Shown: positions 48,722 through 61,534 of the stretch, piece after piece
Position numbering within the stretch: position 1 is the stretch's first letter
How the letters are laid out: each line of letters opens with the position of its first letter
NCBI RefSeq assembly: GCF_032444005.1
Contig: NC_091287.1
Coordinates: forward strand, 55,180,001-55,244,000
Reading direction: 5' to 3'
Length of the DNA stretch: 64,000 bases
Source: Ranitomeya imitator
Taxonomy: Eukaryota
The notes under the pieces: generated by a model
What the model was told of the DNA's origin: nothing
Seen by the model: the letters and a program-made list of their open reading frames with translations, nothing else
The model's database searches: none
Program-made: the position numbers and the translations under genes

Positions 48722-49977
48722 CCCCTTCATGACCGGGGGATTTTTCGTTTTTCCGTGTTCGTTTTTCGCTCCCCTCCTTCCCAGAGCCATAACTTTTTTA
48801 TTTTTCTGTCAATTTGGCCATGTGAGGGCTTATTTTTTGCGGGACGAGTTGTACTTTTGAACGACATCATTGGTTGAAAAAAATTCCAAGTGCGGTGAAA
48901 TTGCAAAAAAAGTGCAATCACACACTTGTTTTTTGTTTGGCTTTTTTGCTAGGTTCACTAAATGCTAAAAATGACCTGCCATTATGATTCTCCAGGTCAT
49001 TACGAGTTCATAGACACCAAACATGACTAGGTTATTTTTTATCTAAGTGGTGAAAAAAAATTTCAAACTTTGCTTAAAAAAAAAAAAAAAAAATTGCGCC
49101 ATTTTCCGATACTCGTAGCGTCTCCATTTTTAATGATCTGGGGTCGGTTGAGGGCTTATTTTTTGCGTGCCGAGATGACGTTTTTAATGATAGCATTTCG
49201 GTGCAGATACATTCTTTTGATCGCCCGTTATTGCATTTTAATGCAATGTCGCGGTGACCAAAAAAAGTAATTCTGGCGTTTTGAATTTTTTTCCCGCTAC
49301 GCTGTTTAGCGATCAGGTTAATACTTTTTTTTAATTGATAGATCGGGCGATTCTGAGCGCGGCGATACCAAATATGCGTAGATTTGATATTTTTTTTATT
49401 GACTTATTTTGATTGGGGCGAAAGGGGGGTGATTTAAACTTTTATGTTTTTTTTATTTTTTTCACATTTTTTTAAACTTTTTTTTTTTAACTTTTGCCAT
49501 GATTCAATAGCCTCCATGGGAGGCTAGAAGCAGGCACAGCACGATCGGCTCTGCTACATAGCAGCGATCTGCTGATCGCTGCTATGTAGCAGAATTGCAC
49601 GTGTGCTGTGAGCGCCGACCACAGGGTGGTGCTCACAGCGACGGACAATCAGTAACCATAGAGGTCTCTAGGACCTCTATGGTTACAATGGAGACGCATC
49701 GCCGACCCCCGATCATGTGACGGGGGTCGGCGATGACGTCATTTCCGGCCGCCCGGCCGGAAGCGGTAGTTAAATGCCGCTGTCTGCGTTTGACAGCGGC
49801 ATTTAACTAGTTAATAGGTGCGGGCAGATCGCGATTCTGCCCGCACCTATTACGGGCACGTCAGCTGTTCAAAACAGCTGACATGTCCCGGCTTTGGTGC
49901 GGGCTCACCGCGGAGCCCTGCATCAAAGCAGGGGAGCCGGCATCGGACGGTATAGTACGTCCGATGCCGGTAAGGGG
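48722..49977. mobile_element. piggyBac-like MITE D, 1256 bp
   Basis: TTAA-CCCCTTCATGACC ... CCGGTAAGGGG-TTAA; several internal palindromes; inverted relative of shell E. Confidence 0.85.
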
Positions 49978-50878
49978 TTAAAATTAATTTCCAATTAATT
50001 AAGCATACAGTTTATTGCATAAAATCTTTTTATCATTTTTCTTTTTACAGTCATTGATAGTTGTTGCTCTCCCAAAATGAACTCTGCATGGTAAAGCTAT
50101 GATTTATTTTGGTGAATACATGATAAGAAAAAATAATTGGAAGTAAAATGTTTCTCTTTTTTTCAGATTGTCAACTATGCCTTTCAATTGATTATTGGAA
50201 GGTGTCTTTCATCTGACTTCATCTCCCAAAAGAATAGTCCGCTGCTTTAGAAGTGCCAGAAGCTGCTTGACTGTTCCTCTGCTTCTTCCATTCCTAAGCC
50301 AGCAGAAATTACTGTCTCTCCTAACATGGCAAAGTGACCATATCTCTTGTTTTAACCCACTCTTCCTCCTGTGTAGGGAGCCAAACATGGATTGTGATAG
50401 AGAACCAAGGATTTGTCATTGCCAGCTTTCTAGGGCACTGATCAGAATGGTTATGTTCTTGTCTTCTAAGCCATGGCTAGACGACATAGAAAGAGTTAGT
50501 TTTAGGCGTAGAGCATAAATGTAGCAATGTTTGGGCATACTGTCATTAGAGAAAAGAATTGGTGATGATTCATATCTAGAAGAAACCACCTTGGGACACT
50601 GGATAAAGCCAACAAAAACAGATGGCTCGGAGCTGATCTCGGCCTTGTAAGTTGGGAAGCTGCTAGAAGAAGGAAATGTATTTTCATGTTTTGTCATATT
50701 AATAACCTAAAATAAGAAATATTTGAATGTGTTTTTTATTTCCAGTTACTCTGAAAAGAGGTGTAGTCTAATCTGAAGTTACTTTCTAACATGTGCACAC
50801 TAGTTGTTAGTTCCTTTATTGCTTTTTAGACCTCCTTATCTCTAAAAGTATTAATAAATGTCTAGTAACTCTCACATC

Positions 50879-51965
50879 TGTCAGGTTCAAAGATGATTGC
50901 TTGGACAGATTTGGCACAAGTTACTCCATCTGGCAGACTCCAGAGGAACCTTAACCTTCACTTTTTAACAACTATACAGGGATCTCGTCTTACAACTGGG
51001 TCACTGGAATGCTTCCATGGAAGGGCTGCTGTCCAGAGGAGTGAACCAGAGGCAGGAAGGTCGCTAAGCAGGGCCAATGCCAAGAGGTAACTTCATGGAT
51101 AAAATAATAAAGCAAGCGGGTAATCAAATGTCAAGCTGAGGTCAAAGAATGAGATTAATCAGGACAAAACATAGTAGCACAGCACAGGGGTATATACCAG
51201 GATAGCAGAGCTATTGACTGGCAGTGGGAACTGATTCCCATGAGTTTAAATCATGATCAACCCCACTCACTGATGGCAGACAGAAACACACCCTAACAGA
51301 AATTAACCCCACAGTTTCTGGACAGGCCAAAGCCACAAATTCAAGGAATAAAACAGGGCTACTGAAAAGAGAAATGAACAAAGCTGGAATTAAGGGGTCA
51401 GATGTCACAGTACCATAGCTGTTCTAACAAACAATGCCAAACAAGGGGAAATAACAAGCACCGGCAGCTAGCGTTGTCAGGATATAGCCAGAGGTCGGTA
51501 AACGGAGCAGCGGTAGGATCTTGAGGATAAGCAGGAATCGTAGTCAGGATATAGCCAGAGGTCGGTACATGGAGCAGCAGTGTAGTTGGGAGGATAAGCA
51601 GGTAACATAGTCAGGATATAGCCAGAGGCTGGTACATGGAGCAACAGTAGGATCTTGAGGATTAACCAAAACATCCTGTTATCCACTACTTTTGGATCCT
51701 TCAAAAGAAACCTGAAAACCCACCTCTTCAAAGAAGCTTACAGCCTGTAAAGACCACACGGCCACCTCAACACCATTGGAGCTACTGCAACCCTCGACCT
51801 ACTGTCTCCTTCCCCATAATCCTGTAGAATGTAAGCCTGCAAGGGCAGGGTCCTCTTCCCTCTGTACCAGTCTGTCATTGTTAGTTTTGTTTACTGTAAG
51901 TGATATTTGTATTTTGATGTAACCCCTTCTCATGTACAGCACCATGGAATTAATGGTGCTATATA

Positions 51966-52001
<36 letters not shown>

Positions 52002-52350
52002 TAGCAGGAATTGTAATCAGGATATAACCAGAGATCGGTACATGGAGCAGCAGTAGGATCCTGAGGATAAGCAGCAGGTGGGAAGAAGCTACACTAAAGG
52101 CTGGGAGCTCAATAATTTCACAAGGAAGGAAGTGCACTGTCAGGTTTAAGTAGGATGTTCAATTAGGAGATCTCAGGGTGGAGCCAATCAGAAAGTCAGA
52201 GTGGAGACAATCAAGAACTTAGGATGGAGTCAATCAGGAACCACACAGTTAATAGTATCTGGTTTAGAAAGGAACTGTCCAGCGAGCTGAATAACTCAGA
52301 GGGAAGAGCTGCAGCCTGGTGCACAAGAGCTGCTGGGTTTGAATCCTCGC
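50879..52350. mobile_element. LTR-like remnants (50879-51409 TG..CA; 51477-52350 with gtcaggatatagccagagg repeats), interrupted by an L2 3' end
   Basis: tgtcagg...gatgtcaca followed by gtacc (reverse PPT-like); repeat units resume after the L2 tail. Confidence 0.45.
51673..52000 (+). mobile_element. L2 3' end with (AAT)n tail
   Basis: FKRNLKTHLFKEAY* followed by the family 3' UTR and 13+ AAT units. Confidence 0.8.
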
Positions 52351-53528
52351 AGGTTCATTCTAACTACGTTAGTAGATGAACAATCTAAAAAATATAAGCA
52401 GGGTAATAAGTGACACCATCATCTGTTGCACATTATGCACTGCTATGGATCCTTTTTGTTGAATGTTTCCTTTAAGAACTAATGGTGGAGACACGGGGGT
52501 CAGTGGGTGCTCTCGTCCACTGGCCTTGCTGTCTTTAAAAAGACTGCGTGGGCCAATGTGCAATGGGCCAAATGTGGGTACCCTCTTACTCCTTTCCAGT
52601 TGGCAGAACACTACTTAGACAACAGAGGGTGATGGTACCACACTCTGGTAAGACTTTATTGGGCCACCAACGGTCAACAGAATATACTATATTTCCAGCA
52701 GGGATACAAGATGGTGCAGGTGACAGTCTCACCCTTCTGTTGGCACACCAGGGTTCAGAACCTCCACAACTTTGGAGCCAACTACTCCAGCCAGCATGAG
52801 CTCGCTTTTGATGGGCACCCACTGAGAGGAGATAGCAGCAAGCTTAGGAAGCTGACCTAGCACAGGGAGTTATGTGGCCAGGTTACCGGATTGTCCCAAC
52901 CTGGGTTCTCCAAATGAATTTGTGTGCTCAGTGTTTGGCAGCAAGCAGTTCTGTAATCCACTAGCTGGAACCATGGTCCCTAGGCTGAAGTCTTGTAGAA
53001 TCACACAGGTGACAGGAGCAAGCCCCTTTGATATACCACAGCTCCCATTTCATGGCATTGTGCCCCACAGGATTGGGGGGAGATAAACATGTCTGTTCCC
53101 TCATTGTTCGCTAGTTCAATTAGACTGCATAATTGTCCTCCAAATGTTGCAGAATAGTACACCACAGAGGACTGATGCAGTCCGCACAGAGAAGGAATTC
53201 CACAAAGTATACAAGGGGCAGCGGACAGTCTCACATGAAACAATGGCTCATGTCCCCTGACTTACTGAACAAAGGAATAGTACATCTGGCATAATTAAGA
53301 ATAGTTCGCTCCTGCACAAGTGGCCAGATTGATGTTGAATTGTCTCACTTGCTGAAACACTACTCTGCCATTTTTATTTGTATTATGTACATAGCTATAT
53401 CTACAGCTCTGGCAAAAATTAAGAGACCACTGCACAGTTTTATAAAAATCAGCTTCTCTACATGTCTGACAGCCATTCCATTCCAGTGTCAGTTGATTTC
53501 CAACCAGAGTACACCTCATTCTACTTAA

Positions 53529-56500
53529 CCCCTTCATGACCCAGCCTATTTTGACCTTAAAGACCTTGCCGTTTTTTGCAATTCTGACCAGTGTCCCTTT
53601 ATGAGGTAATAACTCAGGAACGCTTCAACGGATCCTAGCGGTTCTGAGATTGTTTTTTCGTGACATATAGGGCTTCATGTTAGTGGTAAATTGAGGTCAA
53701 TAAATTCTGCGTTTATTTGTGATAAAAACGGAAATTTGGCGAAAATTTTGAAAATTTCGCAATTTTCACATTTTGAATTTTTTTTCTGTTAAACCAGAGA
53801 GATATGTGACACAAAATAGTTAATAAATAACATTTCCCACATGTATACTTTACATCAGCACAATTTTGGAAACAAAATTTTTTTTTGCTAGGAAGTTATA
53901 AGGGTTAAAATTTGACCAGCGATTTGTCATTTTTACAGCGAAATTTACAAAACCATTTTTTTTAGGGACCACCTCACATTTGAAGTCAGTTTGAGGGGTC
54001 TATATGGCTGAAAATACCCAAAAGTGACACCATTCTAAAAACTGCACCCCTCAAGGTGCTCAAAACCACATTCAACAAGTTTATTAACCCTTCAGGTACT
54101 TCACAGCAGCAGAAGCAACATGGAAGGAAAAAATGAACATTTAACTTTTTAGTCACAAAAATTATCTTTTAGCAACAATTTTTTTATTTTCCCAATGGTA
54201 AAAGGAGAAACTGAACCACAAAAGTTGTTGTCCAATTTGTCCTGAGTACAATGATACCTCATATGTGGGGGTAAACCACTGTTTGGGCGCACGGCAGGGC
54301 TTGGAAGGGAAGGAGCGCCATTTGACTTTTTGAATGAAAAATTGGCTCCACTCTTTAGCGGACACCATGTCACGTTTGGAGAGCACCAGTGTGCCTAAAA
54401 ATTGAAGCTCCCCCACAAGTGACCCCATTTTGGAAACTAGACGCCCCAAGGAACTTATCTAGATGCCTAGTGAGCACTTTGAACCCCCAGGTGCTTCACA
54501 AATTGATCCGTAAAAATGAAAAAGTACTTTTTTTTTCACAAAAAAATTCTTTTAGCCTCAATTTTTTCATTTTCACATGGGCAACAGGATAAAATGGATC
54601 CTAAAATTTGTTGGGCAATTTTTCCTGAGTACACCAATACCTCAAATGTGGGGGTAAACCACTGTTTGGGCACATGGTAAGGCTCGGAAGGGAAGGAGCG
54701 CCATTTGACTTTTTGAATGAAAAATTATCTCCATCGTTAGCGGACACCATGTCGCGTTTGGAGAGCCCCTGTGTGCCTAAACATTGGAGCTCCCCCACAA
54801 GTGACCCCATTTTGGAAACTAGACCCCCCAAGGAACTTATCTAGATGCCTAGTGAGCACTTTAAACCCTCAGGTGCTTCACAAATTGATCTGTAAAAATG
54901 AAAAAGTACTTTTTTTTCACAAAAATAAAATTTTTGCCTCAATTTTTTCATTTTCACATGGGCAATAGGATAAAATGGATCCTAAAATTTGTTGGGCAAT
55001 TTCTCCCGAGTACGCCGATACCTCATATGTGGGGGTAAACCACTGTTTGGGCACACGGCAGGGCTTGGAAGGGAAGGCGCGCCATTTGACTTTTTGAATG
55101 GAAAATTAGCTCCAATTGTTAGCGGACACCATGTCGCGTTTGGAGAGCCCCTGTGTGCCTAAACATTGGAGCTCCCCCACAAGTGACCCCATTTTGGAAA
55201 CTAGACCCCCAAGGAACTTATCTAGATGCATATTGAGCACTTTAAACCCCCAGGTGCTTCACAGAAGTTTATAATGCAGAGCCATGAAAATAAAAAATAA
55301 TTTTTCTTTCCTCAAAAATGATTTTTTAGCCTGGAATTTCCTATTTTGCCAAGGGTAATAGGTGAAATTGGACCCCAAATCTTCTTGTCCAGTTTGTCCT
55401 GAGTACGCTGATACCCCATATGTGGGGGTAAACCACTGTTTGGGCGCACGGCAGGGCTCGGAAGGGAAGGCACGCCATTTGGCTTTTTAAATGGAAAATT
55501 AGCTCCAATCATTAGCGGACACCATGTCACGTTTGGAGAGCCCCTGTATGCCTAAACATTGGAGATCCCCCACAAATGACCCCATTTTGGAAACTAGACC
55601 CCCAAAGGAACTAATCTAGATGTGTGATGAGGACTTTGAACCCCCAAGTGCTTCACAGAAGTTTATAATGCAGAGCCATGAAAATAAAAAATAAAAATTA
55701 TTTTCTCAAAAATGATCTTTTAGCCTGCAATTTTTTATTTTCCCAAGGGTAACAGGAGAAATTTGACCCCAAAAGTTGTTGTCCAGTTTCTCCTGAGTAC
55801 GCTCATACCCCATATGTGGGGGTAAACCACTGTTTGGGCACATGCCGGGGCTCGGAAGTGAAGTAGTGACGTTTTGAAATGCAGACTTTGATGGAATGCT
55901 CTGTGGGCGTCACGTTGTGTTTGCAGAGCCCCTGATGTGGCTAAACAGCAGAAACCCCCCACAAGTGACCCCATTTTGGAAACTAGACCCCGAAAGGGAC
56001 TTATCTAGATGTGTGGTGAGGACTTTGAACCCCCAAGTGCTTCACAGAAGTTTATAATGCAGAGCCATGAAAAAAAAAAAATTATTTTCTCAAAAATGAT
56101 CTTTTAGCCTGCAATTTTTTATTTTCCCAAGGGTAACAGGAGAAATTTCACCCCAAAAGTTGTTGTCCAGTTTCTCCTGAGTACGCTGATACCCCATATG
56201 TGGGGGTAAACCACTGTTTGGGCACACGTCGGGGCTCAGAAGGGAAGTAGTGACTTTTGAAATGCAGACTTTGATGGAATGGTCTGCGGGCGTCACGTTG
56301 CGTTTGCAGAGCCCCTGGTGTGCCTAAACAGTAGAAACTTCCCACAAGTGACCCCATTTTAGAAACTAGACCCCCCAAGGAACTCATATAGATGTGTGGT
56401 GAGCACTTTGAACCCACAAGTGCTTCACAGAAGTTTATAATGCAGAGCCGTGAAAATAATAAATACGTTTTCTTTCCTCAAAAATAATTATTTAGCCCAG

Positions 56501-57042
56501 AATTTTTTATTTTCCCAAGGGTTACAGGAGAAATTGGACCCCAAAAGTTGTTGTCCAGTTTCTCCTGAGTACACTGATACCCCATGTGTGGAGGTAAACC
56601 ACTGTTTGGGCACACGTCGGGGCTCAGAAGGGAAGTAGTGACTTTTGAAATGCAGACTTTGATGGAATGGTCTGCGGGCGTCACGTTGCGTTTGCAGAGC
56701 CCCTGGTGTGCCTAAACAGTGGAAACCCCCCACAAATGACCCCATTTTAGAAACTAGACCCCCCAAGGAACTTATCTAGATATGTGGTGAGCACTTTGAA
56801 CCCCCAAGTGCTTCACAGACGTTTACAACGCAGAGCCGTGAAAATAAAAAATAATTTTTCTTTCCTCAAAAATGATGTTTTAGCAAGCATTTTTTTATTT
56901 TCACAAGGGTAACAGGAGAAATTGGACCCCAGTAATTGTTGCGCAGTTTGTCCTGAGTATGCTGGTACCCCATATGTGGGGGTAAACCACTGTTTGGGCA
57001 CACGTCGGGGCTCGGAAGTGAGGGAGCACCATTTGACTTTTT
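53529..57042. mobile_element. Large piggyBac-like non-autonomous element C (inverted relative to A/B), interrupted by L1
   Basis: TTAA-CCCCTTCATGACCCAGCC; reverse complement of 44200-47750 including the ~388-bp array (54190-57040). Confidence 0.85.
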
Positions 57043-57432
57043 GGTTTCAAAATAATTTTATTAGATTTTGATCTTTAAACATGGGTAGGGTAAGTTGGGG
57101 TGGGGAGAGGGGGAGGGGGAATGGGATAAGAAGCAAGGGGTAGGTATATCCCCTAAAACAGTTGGGGATATTGTAACAGGAACTATGTACAGTTTTGATC
57201 AGTTGAGACTGACAATATTGTTTTTATGTACAACATTATATAAAGTTTGTTAGGTCTGCGTATTGTAATAACCATCATAGCTATAATGAATATTACATGA
57301 CATAACATGGAAAAAGATGGAAAACACAGTTTAGTTGGTGTGTCTCGCTGTGAGCTTTGATAGGTCCATGGAAGAGTAAGGTATGTGAGAATCTAATATG
57401 ATTGGTTGATGAGTGTGGGTTTGACAACTATC

Positions 57433-60400
57433 TCATGTGATAGGGGTAGGGAATTGTTGATCCCATCTTGCCCACTTCTTTGTGAATTTTTTGCATTGGT
57501 CATTGGCTATAGCAAAATGGAATTCGTGGGATCTGTGTAAAGAGATTCTTGTGATAATATCATTTATTGAGGGAGTTTGCTGTGTTTTCCATAGGGAAGC
57601 AATATAATTTTTAACTACTAAACATACATGCAATATCAGTAATTTCAGGTTATGTTCGAGCTGACCGAGTCCAAGGGACAACAAAGCACTCTGAGGCTTC
57701 AATTCAAAGTGTTCATCAGTAAGTTTATCTATTATCTCTTTTGAGGTTTTCTTCCAAATGGATTTTACTGAAGGGCAACTCCAAAAAATGTGCATTATGT
57801 CGCCTTTCTGACCGCATCCTCTCCAGCATTGAGCAGAATTAATGGTGTCCATATGAGCTAGTCTACTAGGGGTATAGTACCATCTCGAGACCGTTTTAAA
57901 GTGGGTCTCTTGTAATGACATTGAGACAGTGGACTGATAAGAGGCAGTGAAGGCCTCCTCCCAGTCCTCTATGCTAAAAGTATTTTTTGTGTCTTGTTCC
58001 CATTTTGCCATTGGGGGGGTTTTAGATAGATTGTGATCTGAATTATAGTTATTATAGATGAATTTGTGGCTCCAGAATATAGCATGTCCAATATTACTCA
58101 AAAGTTTAATGGATGCTTCGGAGAATTTGGGTTTTTCCCCCAAGAAAGATTCTATATTTCTCTTGAGTATCAAGAACTCAAGGAAGGAAGATGAGGGTAT
58201 ATTGTGTTGACCTTTTAGAGTTAGAAAGCTTAGGAATGTTTCTCCTGTATGTATATCTCCAATTTTCCTTATTTTATGGTTTGGCCAAATTTCAGGGAGG
58301 GGTTGGTCAATTATAGAGTAGGCCAGGGAGATGGGAATCTTTTTTTGAATATCTGATTTTTTTAGGCCTTTTTGGAGTGAGAGTTTTTTCCATGCTGAAG
58401 CTATTGCCTGAAAAATTGGGTGAGCTATCAAGTCGGGGTAATTACCCAGTATTGTTTTATAGATGATCCACTTCGGGTGGCGGTCATTATTTAGTGTTGT
58501 CTCTAGATCCATCCAAATTGGCGGGTTAGAGCTTTGCAGCCAGTGTATACTTTGTTTTATGAGCAAAGTATAGTAGTGGGCTTTAATGTTTGGAATATTG
58601 ATCCCTCCATTGATTTTACTTTTGAAGAGAGTTTGGGTGGCCGTTCTAGCTTTCTTTGAGTTCCATATAAAGTCATTTATTTGTGTCTGTAGGTGTGTGA
58701 GGCTGATGTCTGGGAATGGGAGTGGGACACATCTGAGGATATATAGGAGTTTGGGAAGGATAAATAGTCTCATAGTTAGTACCCTACCCCACCAGGACAA
58801 AGTGTTGTCCCTGTGTGCCAGAGTTGCTTTGAATATTATTTATTTTAGTAGGCTAAAGTTAGCTTTTACTGTGCCCTTAATTGTTTTATTTATTGTGACT
58901 CCTAAGTAAGAAAATTCTTTATCGCACCAGTTTAAGGATGTAGCATTTTTTATGGTTTGGGTTTGGTCTTTACTTAATTCTATTGGGAGTATATTAGATT
59001 TAGCTAAGTTGATTTTAAAATTCGATAGTGTGGAGAATTTATCTATATCTTCCATTGCTTCGGGGATTGAGATTTCTGGGTCAGTGAGGGATAGTATGAT
59101 ATCGTCCGCAAATAATGTGATTTTGTGGTGTTTAGTGGGGGTGGAGATGCCAGTGATTTTGTTGTTATTTCTAATGGTTTCGGCTAGTGGTTCGATAGCC
59201 ATGTTGAATAGAATTGGTGAGAGGGGACAACCTTGTCTGGTCCCATTTCTTATGTTAAATGGGTCTGAAATTTGTGAGTTACAATAGACGCTAGCCTTAG
59301 GATCTGAATATAAGGCCATTATGCGGGATGTCATATCTTCGTCGAAACCAAATTTGGCTAGACATTCTTTTAAGAAATCCCAATTGACTCTGTCGAAGGC
59401 TTTTTCAGCATCGAGTGATAGTAATGTGGTGGGGGTTTTACGTTTCCTTGCCCAGCTAGTAATATTAATAATTCTTCTAGTAGCGTCCATTGGTTGTCTA
59501 CCTCTCACAAATCCCATCTGGTCACCGGCTATTAGTTTTGGTAATGTTAGACCAATTCTGTCTGCTAAAATTTTAGAGTATATTTTTACATCTACGTTTA
59601 TTAGTGAGATGGGTCTGAAGTTTTCCAAGGTTTCTGGATCTCCCTTTAATTTTGGGATCACTGATACTATGGCCATTAACATCTCAGAGGGAAAGGAGCC
59701 CCCGCGAAAAATATGGTTGAAAGTATCGGCCAGATGTGGGGAAAGGGTGTTTGAAAAAGCTTTGTAATATGCATTGGTGAATCCATCTGGGCCTGGTGAT
59801 TTATGGAGATTAAATTTTTTGATAACATTTTCTACTTCTTCAGGGGTGATGGGAGTTTTGAGGGCGTTTAATTCGTCGGGTGTTAGGGTGGGGAGGTTTA
59901 TTTGTTTTAGGTATTTTTTGATTTTGTCTATCCTTTCCTGCTTGTTTGTGTGGTTGTTTTGTAGGGGGTCTAAGTTATATAGTTTGGAGTAGAAACCTGC
60001 GAATTCGTTGGCTATTTCCTTCGGGTGAGAGGTTTTGCCCATCCCATTTAGTTTATTTATTCTGTTGATTTTGTTAATTGTTCTGTTTTTTTTTATTTTG
60101 TTGGCCATATATTTTGTTGGTTTATTGTGTGATGTATAGAATTTATAATTTGACATTTTGACTATGTTATCATACGGTGAGAATAAGGTCTCTCTTAGTT
60201 CCGTTCTAAGTTTGGAGAGTTCATTTGGGGTGTTCTGGGGGGATTTAGTTTTGTTAATTAGGTTGTTTTCAATTGTTCGAATTTTATTTGTCAGATCTTT
60301 AATTTTTTCCCTGGATTTCCTTTTTTCTCTGGAAGCTATACCCATAATCACTCCTCTAATAACTGCTTTGTGCGCGCACCAATTGGTGCATGGATTCGTT

Positions 60401-61221
60401 AATTCTGGCTTATTGGTCTCGAAGTAGTTTTTTATGGCCTTTTGGATTGTGGTTTTGTTGGCTGGTTTATGCAGAATTTTGGCGCTACATCTCCATAGTC
60501 TGGTGTTAAAGAGGGGTGGGCCAATCATTATTTTCCCTAGGACTGGGGCGTGATCAGAGATCGTTCTAGCCCCAATAGAAATGTCTTTAACATTTGTCAA
60601 GGAGTGGATATCAGTGGTAATTAGATCGATTCTTGAAGCCGTTTGATGTATGTCTGAAAAATGGGTATATTCCCTGGAGTTGGCATTAAGGCATCTAAAA
60701 CAGTCGTATAGTTCGTTGCTATCTAGCCAGGAGTTAAGACAATCCGCAGTGGGTCTGTTTTTGGAGGAAGAGTCTAATTTGTTGTCCGGAGTGACATTGA
60801 AGTCGCCCATTAAGAGTAGTCTACCCCTTCTGACTTCTTCGAGTTTTTTTATGATTGTGTTTAAAAATTGTATTTGACCTACGTTTGGGGCATAGATGTT
60901 TGCTACTGTGCAGTCTTGATCGTTTATTTTGCAAATGAGTATGTGGAAACGGCCATTTTTGTCTTTGATTTCTCTTATAAGCTCAAATGGGGTAGAGCTC
61001 TCAATTAGTGTCAGTACTCCTGCTCTTTTCCTAGTGTTACAAGCCTCAAATATGTGAGAAAATTTGTGATGCGTAAAATAAGGATGGTTACCCTCCAGGA
61101 ATTTGGACTCCTGCAGGCAAATGACGTTGGCCCTGGACTCGGTCAGCTCTCTCCACAACGCGTGTCTCTTCTTGGGGTTGTTAAGCCCTCTAACGTTGTA
61201 AGACATCAGGTTTAACTCCAT
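57433..61221 (-). CDS. L1 ORF2 (APE endonuclease, RT, C-terminal CCHC) with one in-frame TAA at 58840-58842
   Basis: SYNVRGLN, CLQES, YAPN, GDFN, SRID, SDH; KSPGPDG, DAEKAFDRV, GTRQGCPLSP, FADD; CWRGC..H..WSC; the two tracked ORFs are in the same frame. Confidence 0.93.
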
Positions 61222-61534
61222 TCTTAGTTCTAGGTGAGTGATTTAAAGATGGAAATAGTTAAAACAATGAGTATAAACAAATGGACGAATATTAAATGAA
61301 AGAAAACACAACTACAACTTTGTTACACTAGTATGCTGTTTTCTGGACAGTGTACACTCCTGTAAGGAAGAAAAAATATTAGACTTGTTTAGCAAAGTAG
61401 AATAAATGATCAGGTAGATCCTAAGGGATACTACCACTTCTCTATTGGATACCCCTGTGGAAGGAAGAAGAGGGAGCAAGAACAGGTAAGCATCCTAGTA
61501 GCAGAAATATCTAGACTTTACAAACATAGCATTT

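Noticed and set aside
52333-52352. tRNA B-box-like GGTTTGAATCC
   Set aside because: No A box or cloverleaf; lies at the end of an LTR-like remnant
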